A stretch of 64,000 nucleotides of DNA from an uncultured Chloroflexia bacterium. GTDB lineage: Bacteria; Chloroflexota; Chloroflexia; QHBQ01; JADMIH01. The notes under the pieces were generated by a model. The model was not told the origin of the DNA. It saw only the letters and a list, made by a program, of their open reading frames with translations, and did no database searches. The position numbers were made by a program, and so were the translations under genes. Position 1 is the stretch's first letter. Every line of letters starts with the position of its first letter. This document shows, piece after piece, positions 9,904 to 17,714 of the stretch. The stretch is from contig CAWCNY010000004.1 of NCBI GenBank assembly GCA_963797095.1, forward strand, positions 96,001 through 160,000, in the 5' to 3' direction.

Positions 9904-10380
9904 TTAGAAGGGAATGTCGTCAATGTCCATTTCGGGGTCGGCGGTTGTCCGACCTGCGGCCCTGGTCGCGGTGGCGCGCCTTGCGCCCGCTCCGACCGGC
10001 TCTGGACGCGAGGCGACCTCCGGCTCTTCGGGCTGTGGCGTGCCGTTCGGCTTCTGGTCAAGGATCAGCATGTCGGAGGCCACTATCTCGGTCTTGTATT
10101 GCTTCTGGCCGTTCCAGTCCCAGGAGCGTGTGTGCAGACGCCCTTCGATGTATACGAGGCGGCCCTTTGCGAGAAAGTCGCCGCAAATCCGGGCTAACTT
10201 GTCCCAAACAACTATGGTGTGCCACTCGGTCTCTTCCTGAAGGGTGCCGTCCTTAGCGGGCCACTGCCGGTTGGTCGCCAGGTTGAAGGTCGCCACAGGC
10301 ATACCGGCCTGCGTGTAGCGCATCTCAGGGTCAGCGCCGAGCCGCCCGATCAATTGCACTCTGTTCAATGTCTTCGCCAT
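9904..10380 (-). CDS. ssb: Single-stranded DNA-binding protein
   Basis: LNRVQLIGRLGADPEMRYT, KGRLVYIEGRL, C-terminal DDIPF. Confidence 0.97.
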   Translation of the reverse strand: MAKTLNRVQLIGRLGADPEMRYTQAGMPVATFNLATNRQWPAKDGTLQEETEWHTIVVWDKLARICGDFLAKGRLVYIEGRLHTRSWDWNGQKQYKTEIVASDMLILDQKPNGTPQPEEPEVASRPEPVGAGARRATATRAAGRTTADPEMDIDDIPF

Positions 10381-10469
10381 CTCTCTATCTCCTGTTCAAA
10401 GCTAATACTCTGCGATAACAGGTGCTCAGATGCACCCCGACTGAGCGGGACGCACGATAGGCACTACTT

Positions 10470-11255
10470 TCAGCCAACCTTGCCGGTGCGGGGTTGGAAC
10501 GACTGGCCTCCATCAATTGCCCTCAGCGGTGGGCGATTACTTGTGGCCGGGGACGCTTGCCGGGGCCTTGCCGCGGCAGCATCGCGGGCTGTTGTGCCTA
10601 CCTCGGCAAGGCGCGGAGCGGCAGCACGCGGCCCTTCCGCAGGTCCGTTGCGGGAATCGGAAAAGTCGCGGCCCTGAGAGGCAGCGCGTCCGGCCAACTT
10701 GGCGTCAAGCTCCCGTATCTTCTCGGCCACGATCCTGTGGTGGTGTGCTGTTTCGTAGGCCGCTATGTAGGCACCGACCGCCAGCATGACTTTGATCATG
10801 TCGGGTTCGGTGAGCCTCATGCTCAGTTTGGAAGTAGGCTCGCCTGCCGGTGCGACCGCCCCCAACTCGGTCTTGCGGCCAGGGCCGTTGGCTATGGTCA
10901 GGCGATAGGGGTTGCGGGCGAAACGACCGCCATCGCCTTCGTCCCATTCGACAAGGAGAGTGCGGCTCTCGATTGAGCCGTCGTCACGCTGGCTGCCGCC
11001 GAACTTCTCCCACCTGCCCCCTGTGACGCCTGCAAAAAGGCGGTTAGAAACTAGGTGTGTGAGGAGACGGGCATCTGCTCTGTCAAGCCAGGCGCTGGCG
11101 TGACCTGTTTGCCTCTTGCTGGCCGGGTCGTAGCCGGTGACCTCAACCTTGATCTTGTCGATGCGCAGGGCGTCGTAGATATTCAGGAAGTTCTTGTTCG
11201 TCGCGTAAACGAAGATCTCCGGTGAAAGCCTGCCACTCTTTTCACGCTCTAACAC
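10470..11255 (-). CDS. Hypothetical protein: globular ~185 aa domain plus disordered tail
   Basis: SD AAAGGAG before GTG; protein-like composition; co-oriented between Zn-finger gene and ssb. Confidence 0.8.
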   Translation of the reverse strand: MLEREKSGRLSPEIFVYATNKNFLNIYDALRIDKIKVEVTGYDPASKRQTGHASAWLDRADARLLTHLVSNRLFAGVTGGRWEKFGGSQRDDGSIESRTLLVEWDEGDGGRFARNPYRLTIANGPGRKTELGAVAPAGEPTSKLSMRLTEPDMIKVMLAVGAYIAAYETAHHHRIVAEKIRELDAKLAGRAASQGRDFSDSRNGPAEGPRAAAPRLAEVGTTARDAAAARPRQASPATSNRPPLRAIDGGQSFQPRTGKVG

Positions 11256-11337
11256 TTTCTCACTCCTTTCTCAAACTCCTGACGGCTTTCAAATGTGGGG
11301 AGTTGCGCGTATCGCAGCCGGTCGCCGCTCGCACCCC

Positions 11338-11568
11338 TTACGCGGCTTTGCTCTCAGGCATAGCCAATTCGACAAACCCGCACATAATGAGGCTGGCTAT
11401 GTGGGCGCACCTTGGTTGGCCGCACTCGCATTGGAGACCGGAAGGTGTTACGCGCACTCTTACCGGCCCCTCGCTACCATTGCGCACTGTGTAGCAACCA
11501 TTGCCGCCGCTAACACTGACGCGCGTCAAAGCAGACTTACCTGCGAATTCAAGCGGTTTTCTCTCCAT
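11338..11568 (-). CDS. Small SWIM-like zinc-finger protein
   Basis: SD GGAGG; beta-rich region then CxC-x4-CxH (CECGQPRCAH). Confidence 0.7.
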   Translation of the reverse strand: MERKPLEFAGKSALTRVSVSGGNGCYTVRNGSEGPVRVRVTPSGLQCECGQPRCAHIASLIMCGFVELAMPESKAA

Positions 11569-11584
11569 AGCTCACCCTCCAAAG

Positions 11585-11632
11585 TGAACGTTTGTTCTAG
11601 TCTATTATAGCACGCAGGTTCTACTGAGTCAA
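11585..11632 (-). promoter_or_regulatory. Sigma70 promoter with two LexA (GAAC-N4-GTTC) boxes
   Basis: TTGACT-17-TATAAT with TGn; perfect box GAACGTTTGTTC at 11586-11597; one-mismatch box GAACCTGCGTGC (minus strand) at 11610-11621. Confidence 0.85.
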
Positions 11633-11703
11633 TAGGCCAACGGTCTACAACATCCTTCAATATTCAGTTCATCTCACGTTGGGATGTACAGGTTGGTTCG
11701 AGA

Positions 11704-13389
11704 TTATGGGCGGTAGTCGTCGGGGGTCAGGCGATAAAGGGCAACACGCAGCATTCTTTCGTGCGGGAGGACGAGCACTCCATGCAGCAATGTCTGGCGG
11801 GCGCTTGAGCGGGAGTTGAGAGCGACTTGGGCACGCGCCAGTGCGAGAAATGCGTCGGCGTTCAACTGGTATTCTTCAGCCAACACGCCCACTTCCAGGG
11901 GGCCGCCGATCCGCAGAGCTTGAAGAAACTCAGATATGCTCGAACCCTGTTTTCCCTCAGCGGCAAGCGCCACCGCCCTATCGATGTGCATTCTATAAGC
12001 ATCTTCGGGGCGCAGGAGGAGATTCGGCTCTCGTCTGCCCACCATCTGAGCGGTGATGACAGCCCTAGCGGCGGGTACCTTTAGTCTTTCGAATGGGAAA
12101 TCGTCGTGCGGGTTCTCCCAGGTGCCAGCCGTACCCCTGCGATTTGTGAGTCGCAAAGCAGGAGGGAAAGCCCACTTGAAGCGCGGAGCCAAACTGCGTG
12201 CGATCAGGAGGCAGCCCAGCACCGCCAGCGCCGCAAGCAGTGCGAACCAGATGAGGTCGGGGCCTTCTACCTGGGAAACCGCAGGCCCGAATGCGGCTTC
12301 CGCAGGCGTGACCAGCTGTGGGCTTGTCGATGCTGAAGACTCGTCTGGCTGAGCGGCCTGTGAGGTGTCAGCGGCTTCGGAGACCGGCGGGGCCGCGGGC
12401 ACAGCCGGGCCACCGCCCTTGGCCAGGGGTGCGGGAACAGGCAGGGCGGCAGCCGGGTTCGCCAGGATGCCGGAGACCACGCCGCTCTGGCTTACGGTCA
12501 GCACGGGATCGCTCGCGCCAGTTGGATCGGCGGCAAGCTTGGCAAAACCATAGTCGAGTATGTCGGCGCTGTCCTGCCACCAGTTCGGGTCGTTCAGCAC
12601 CACAGCAACCAGGCGATGCCCACCCCTTGTGGCCGATGTTACCAGGCACAGCCCACAACCATCCGTCCAGCCGGTCTTGATGCCATCGGCTCCCTCGTAG
12701 CGGGTGAGCATTTCGTTCGTGTTGAGGAGGGCATGGCCCGGGGCCTCGTAATAGGTTTGCGAGACGATGTTGCTAAATTCCGGGATATGTAGCGCGTACC
12801 AGGCTATGCTCGCCAGGTCGTAGGCGGTCGAATAGTGACCTTCGGTATCGAGGCCGTGCGGATTGACAAAGTGAGTGTCGGTAAGGCCAAGCTGTTGGGC
12901 GCGCACATTCATCATGACCGCAAATCGCCCTATTGGGTCCGAACTATCGTCAGACGCGCCGGCGCCGATGGTTGAGCCGAGATGCCGCGCGATAACCATC
13001 GCAGCGTCGTTGCCGGAAGGTAAGAGCATCCCGTAAAGGAGATCTTTCAAAGTTTGCTGCTCGCCGCTCACTAACCCCATAGCGCTCTCGCCAACAATGT
13101 CGTCGGGGGTGGCGGTAGCCACATCGTCCAGGCTCCCATATTCGAGGGCCAGGATGGCGGTCATCATTTTGGTGAGGCTGGCTGGGGCCATGCGCTCGTG
13201 CTCGTTCTTGGCATAGAGAATGCGCCCGCCAGGGTAGTCAACTACGATGGCCGACACCGCCCCGATCCGAGGCCGACCATCCGTCTTTGCTTCCTGGGCA
13301 CGCGCCACACCAGGCAAGAAGGCGCTCAGGGAGAGTACCAGAGTGGTGAGAAGGACGATTGGAGCCAGACGAGCGCGACGACGTACCAT
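11704..13389 (-). CDS. D-alanyl-D-alanine carboxypeptidase (peptidase S11) with TM helix and cytoplasmic helical tail
   Basis: Signal peptide; SLTK, SGN, KTG catalytic motifs; FVNPHGLD; start at ATG 13389 with SD GGAGG. Confidence 0.9.
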   Translation of the reverse strand: MVRRRARLAPIVLLTTLVLSLSAFLPGVARAQEAKTDGRPRIGAVSAIVVDYPGGRILYAKNEHERMAPASLTKMMTAILALEYGSLDDVATATPDDIVGESAMGLVSGEQQTLKDLLYGMLLPSGNDAAMVIARHLGSTIGAGASDDSSDPIGRFAVMMNVRAQQLGLTDTHFVNPHGLDTEGHYSTAYDLASIAWYALHIPEFSNIVSQTYYEAPGHALLNTNEMLTRYEGADGIKTGWTDGCGLCLVTSATRGGHRLVAVVLNDPNWWQDSADILDYGFAKLAADPTGASDPVLTVSQSGVVSGILANPAAALPVPAPLAKGGGPAVPAAPPVSEAADTSQAAQPDESSASTSPQLVTPAEAAFGPAVSQVEGPDLIWFALLAALAVLGCLLIARSLAPRFKWAFPPALRLTNRRGTAGTWENPHDDFPFERLKVPAARAVITAQMVGRREPNLLLRPEDAYRMHIDRAVALAAEGKQGSSISEFLQALRIGGPLEVGVLAEEYQLNADAFLALARAQVALNSRSSARQTLLHGVLVLPHERMLRVALYRLTPDDYRP

Positions 13390-13485
13390 TAGGAAGCCTC
13401 CGATCAGGATAGTAAGACCCGGCTCGGCAACTGTTCGCCGTCCGGTCGCAAGAGTATAGCAGGGGCATTCCTGGTGCGGAAGCAC

Positions 13486-13506
13486 TTTTCCACAGGATGT
13501 GGAAAG
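13486..13506. promoter_or_regulatory. Inverted pair of DnaA-box-like sites
   Basis: TTTTCCACA-gga-TGTGGAAAG, upstream of a TGn-TATACT -10 (13453-13458, minus). Confidence 0.45.
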
Positions 13507-13529
13507 ATGCTATGAGGGTTTATTTTCAC

Positions 13530-13976
13530 TCAGATGTCGAGCGCTTCGTACATCGGCTGCAAGCACTCCATGATCTCGCAGAGCCTGCCGGCCACCGAGT
13601 AGACGCGGGCCTCGTCAAGGGGAAATAGAGGCACGGTCTCGTACAGGCGGGTCCAGCCTTTGTCCCATTCTTCGAGCCAGATTGTATCGCCTAGCGTGTC
13701 CTGGATTTCAAGCAGGTGCTTGCCGAAGGCATCATATATGATTCGGTTCCGAATCGCGCTCGATTCGAAGTGGAAGCCCAGTTCCAGTTGCAGTGTGCGC
13801 TCATGGACCCATATTTCGTAGTGCACCGAGCGGTCAACGCCCCACCAGAACTGGGCCAACCGCGAGCGTACAGACGACCTCAGCGGGTTGCCCGCACGCT
13901 CGAAATAGGCCGCGACCTCGCGCGCCACCGACGATATGAAACTGGTGGGAGTCATACTGCCCTGGCCTGAAATCAT
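13530..13976 (-). CDS. Hypothetical protein (start may be 13955)
   Basis: Protein-like 148 aa ORF (VHYEIW, LELGFHFES, EEWDKGWTR) co-oriented with neighbours. Confidence 0.7.
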   Translation of the reverse strand: MISGQGSMTPTSFISSVAREVAAYFERAGNPLRSSVRSRLAQFWWGVDRSVHYEIWVHERTLQLELGFHFESSAIRNRIIYDAFGKHLLEIQDTLGDTIWLEEWDKGWTRLYETVPLFPLDEARVYSVAGRLCEIMECLQPMYEALDI

Positions 13977-14024
13977 AGCTCTGGTAATGGCGGAAGTAGC
14001 AATCGAGGCACAAGTCGAGCAATT

Positions 14025-14978
14025 CTAAAGCAAGCCGTAATCCCGCAGCCTTTCTTCGTAGCGGGCTGTCACCCATTGGCGGTGCAAGCCGGTGTGGCCC
14101 TTGCACTGGTGGCGCGAGCAGACGACCTCAGCCTCACCACCCATGAGCGGGCGGAGTTTCTTCCGCAAGCGCTCAAGCTCCCAGTTTTCCCACCCGTCGA
14201 GGGCATGCCACCGGAGCAATCGCTCGGCGAGCCGTCTCAGGACGCCCGGACGGCTGTCGGGCAGGTTGCGGGGGGCAGCGCCTAAAGCGGCGGGCAAGTA
14301 CTTGTCTGCCCAACTGTTCTGTTTGATCATAGAGGTGTAGATGCCATCGCCCGCAAGGGGGACCATTTGAGCAAGCTCGTGAGCGGTGAACAGGTCGCGC
14401 TGATCGAGGCTCAAACTATCGTCGGAGATGATGTAGTTCGGGCACAGGTCGTCACGAAAGAGGCGCGCAAACCGCACCAGCAGCACGATCAAGCGGCGAG
14501 CGATCCACACTCTGCCTTGCTCGGTTACTACCAGGAGATCGATGTCGGGCCGATCGGCGATATTGTTGACCGCCAGCGCGCCAGTGACCGCCACCATCCT
14601 CACGAACGGAAAACGAGCCATCAGCGCCGCGTAGCGGCGGGCGCGCCTCCAAACCCGCCTGGAGGCGCCCTCCCTGGTGGCCCTGGTCTTGAATACCTGC
14701 TCGCGACCGCGCAAGCAATAGAAACCGCCCTCCGACCTACTTACTTTGCTGCCGAGATCGGGACTCATGCCTAGTGTGCTCTCGATATCTTCACTGGTAT
14801 AGTCGGTCTCGATCTGGTAGCGGGTTAGCTCGACAAGGTTCAGGGGGAAGTCGAACAGGTCTGAGTAGACGAGCGCGCGCAGCACGCTGTGTGCGATGTT
14901 CGCATCTGCTGAAGTGCGCCTCGCGCCGACTAACTCACTGGAAACCGTTTGCTGGACAATTTTCAAACGCGCCCACAC
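14025..14978 (-). CDS. Nucleotidyltransferase-fold protein (start uncertain)
   Basis: YSDLFDFPL N-terminal domain; PFVRMVAVTGALA...DIDLLVVT is a GS-x10-DxD-like motif (GA here); LCPNY. Confidence 0.7.
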   Translation of the reverse strand: MWARLKIVQQTVSSELVGARRTSADANIAHSVLRALVYSDLFDFPLNLVELTRYQIETDYTSEDIESTLGMSPDLGSKVSRSEGGFYCLRGREQVFKTRATREGASRRVWRRARRYAALMARFPFVRMVAVTGALAVNNIADRPDIDLLVVTEQGRVWIARRLIVLLVRFARLFRDDLCPNYIISDDSLSLDQRDLFTAHELAQMVPLAGDGIYTSMIKQNSWADKYLPAALGAAPRNLPDSRPGVLRRLAERLLRWHALDGWENWELERLRKKLRPLMGGEAEVVCSRHQCKGHTGLHRQWVTARYEERLRDYGLL

Positions 14979-15039
14979 TCCGACCAGGTGATAGTAGCTG
15001 CAACCTGTACCTACGGAGCGCGTTACATGCCTCAGGGGG

Positions 15040-17595
15040 CTACGGTTCGCCACGCGGCATTTCAAGTGCCTGCTTACCTATCAGACCCAACTGAACTTCC
15101 ATTGGTGTGCCTGCGTCGGTCGGGTGCCACTCGAAGCGCGCTCTCTCGAAGTATTGTACAGTATACACTTTTCCGTCCGCGCTGCTAATCTCCGGCATCT
15201 CTTCTGAAATAGGATAACCGAAGGTTTCAAGCCCGCCTTGCTGCTGCCAATACTGGAGAAATGCTTCCTTGACGATGTGCCCGGTCTCGGCGAAGTACCA
15301 GCGTGTTGGCGTGTTTTCGACCGGTTCGGCGCGCGGCAGATTGCGCCCCTTCGTCACCCAAAGGCCGACCGAGGCGAGCATTACCTCATCCTTAGTGCCC
15401 GCGTTTTCCGGGTGGTACTCGAGGACCGCGCGCTCGAAGTATTGCACTTTGCGCTCCTGGCCGTCCAGGGGGTTATTCTCCACCAATTCTTCTGAAATGG
15501 GATAGCCGAGTTTGGCTACGCCTCCGTGCGTTTCCCAGAAGGACCTGAACGCGCCACCCAGGGTGTGGCCGCTCTCCAGGAAATAGAGCCTGTCGTTGCC
15601 CTCAGGTTTGGAGTTCAGGTCGAACAATATGTAATCACGGGAAAGCTTCGCGACGCCATAGGTTGTAATCAAGCCACGATAGTCGGGGTGCTTGCCGAGC
15701 CAGTCCTGGTCTACGCTGAGGAGGTAGGCGGCACCCTGGCGTTGAAGCTTCTGCACTTCCGGTAGGCTGAACTCATCGGTGCCCAGGGACCACCCGGTTC
15801 TTTGAGCGGCGTAGAACAGCTCAGGAGCGTGCGGCCCGGCGACGATCAGCTTGCTATCGGGGGGAAGTGCTGCGGCAACCTCCGCGCCGATGCCTGTGAG
15901 CACCTGTGAAATCTCGGTGGGCTGCATGCGGGCAAGGATCGTGGGCGTACCGCCGATTACAATCAGCGCGAGGATCGTCAGCATGCCGAAGTGACCCGCG
16001 GCAAGCCACCAGGCACGGCGTAAGCGGAGGCTCTGCGATTGGGACCGCTCTGCGACGCTCTTGCCGAGCGCGAGTTGGGCCTGCGGTCTTGAGGGGCGGT
16101 TACTGATGCGTTCTTCGGGAAGGTCGAGCAGCCAGGCGGTATGAGGCGAAATCGCGTAATCTGCATCGTGGTCGCGTGTTTGTTCGGTGATCGCCAGCCA
16201 AAGGCGCGCGGGGAGCGCACCAACCCATGCTGCTCCAATGCCTGCCAGCGCGCAGGCGGGCAGTATCAGGGGCAGGAGTACATCTTCGTGCCCAGGCAGA
16301 CGTGACGCATCAAAGAGGGCATGGAGAGCGCCTCCCGCCAACCAGACGTGAAATAGAAGGGGGAGCGGGGGGCGAGCGCCATGCAGGACGCCGGCAGCCA
16401 ACAGCAGGAGGCCCGCGATAGTCAATATACGCTCGACAAGTATGCCTACGATGAGGACATATGAACCGCCGTTGAATATCGCGCCCAGGGCGCCGACCAG
16501 GCCATCACCACTACTTTCAGAACTGAGGGCAAGCCCACCGGCGGCCTGCGAGATGGCCCACCAGAGAAGCGAGGAGGCCGCCAGCGCGCCTGCATAGATC
16601 GCCAATCGGCCACGGTTTGGTGAGTTGCTCCATATCTCCTGGAGGGCGGGTGCACCTGCATTCTTGCGGCGAATCGTCCTCACGGAGAGAGGCCCGGTAT
16701 CGACGTTGGACCCTTGTGAGGGGGAGATGAAGAGATAGGCGGCAGGTATAGCGAGCCACAGAGCACCGGGATCAAGTAACCCATCGAGGGCGGCCACGGC
16801 CACTGCTGCCACAAAAGCGAGTGTTGTTCCCTGCGGGGCATCCTGCTTGACGGTTGAGCGCCAGCGAACCAGGGCTAAGATCGCTCCGGCCTGGGCCGCA
16901 AGCACCAGGGATGCAGGGGAATATTGCTGGCCGAGCACGATGCTCAGGGGCGCGACCGAATAGAGGAGCAGGGCATAGATCCCGGCGCGGGCTCCTGCGG
17001 TACGGCGCACCAGGGCGAACAGCCCGAACCCTGCCAGCAAACTGAATATGATCGAAATGAGACGGCCAGGCCACTGGCCATCGCCAAGAACGGACTCGAG
17101 GCCGGTTGCCATCCAGATGTATATCGGCAAAGTGGCGGCAGGCACAACGGGGCCCGTGCCCTCCCAGGGGGCGGGAGGCTGGAACAGCCGCACAGTCTGC
17201 AGAGAGGGACCGACGCTCCCTGCGAGCACGTTCACCTGTGCAGCGTAGGTAGCTTCGATGCCGGTCGGCGCGCCGACCGGCGGGGTGAAAAGCCCAAACA
17301 GGCGAAATACCACGAGAATTGCACCTACGAGGGACAGCGAAATTACCAACCTGGCGGACCAGGGCACTACCGCAGGCCTCAGGCGGCGAGGGATCGCGCG
17401 ATTCCCGTCGCGCTTCAGGACCGCTGGAGCTTGAGGCAGAGCAGTTGGAGGACGCGCCGCGTTGGTTCCCCTACCTTGAGAGGAAGCGCTTCGCGCGCCA
17501 CTGCGCCCGCTGTATCGCCGCCGAGCGGTACCAGGGTCAGTTGCTGCGCTATAAGTTGATAGGTCCAGGCTGTGGAGGCCTTCGATTCCGCTCAT
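15040..17595 (-). CDS. GT-C (GT39/PMT-like) membrane glycosyltransferase with two C-terminal surface repeats
   Basis: PIYxW...GRLISIIFSL...LVRR pattern, many TM helices; YFxExGH...GYPISEE...VQYFERA twice. Confidence 0.75.
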   Translation of the reverse strand: MSGIEGLHSLDLSTYSAATDPGTARRRYSGRSGARSASSQGRGTNAARPPTALPQAPAVLKRDGNRAIPRRLRPAVVPWSARLVISLSLVGAILVVFRLFGLFTPPVGAPTGIEATYAAQVNVLAGSVGPSLQTVRLFQPPAPWEGTGPVVPAATLPIYIWMATGLESVLGDGQWPGRLISIIFSLLAGFGLFALVRRTAGARAGIYALLLYSVAPLSIVLGQQYSPASLVLAAQAGAILALVRWRSTVKQDAPQGTTLAFVAAVAVAALDGLLDPGALWLAIPAAYLFISPSQGSNVDTGPLSVRTIRRKNAGAPALQEIWSNSPNRGRLAIYAGALAASSLLWWAISQAAGGLALSSESSGDGLVGALGAIFNGGSYVLIVGILVERILTIAGLLLLAAGVLHGARPPLPLLFHVWLAGGALHALFDASRLPGHEDVLLPLILPACALAGIGAAWVGALPARLWLAITEQTRDHDADYAISPHTAWLLDLPEERISNRPSRPQAQLALGKSVAERSQSQSLRLRRAWWLAAGHFGMLTILALIVIGGTPTILARMQPTEISQVLTGIGAEVAAALPPDSKLIVAGPHAPELFYAAQRTGWSLGTDEFSLPEVQKLQRQGAAYLLSVDQDWLGKHPDYRGLITTYGVAKLSRDYILFDLNSKPEGNDRLYFLESGHTLGGAFRSFWETHGGVAKLGYPISEELVENNPLDGQERKVQYFERAVLEYHPENAGTKDEVMLASVGLWVTKGRNLPRAEPVENTPTRWYFAETGHIVKEAFLQYWQQQGGLETFGYPISEEMPEISSADGKVYTVQYFERARFEWHPTDAGTPMEVQLGLIGKQALEMPRGEP

Positions 17596-17714
17596 ATGCC
17601 CGAATTGTGCTGCTTGTAATCGAGAGAAGTATCAAGAAAGTGTCCCCGGTTCCGAGGTAACTCAATGAGCAACCTTCCAGGGTATATAGTCTTGCACAAA
17701 TGGACGTGCGCGAC

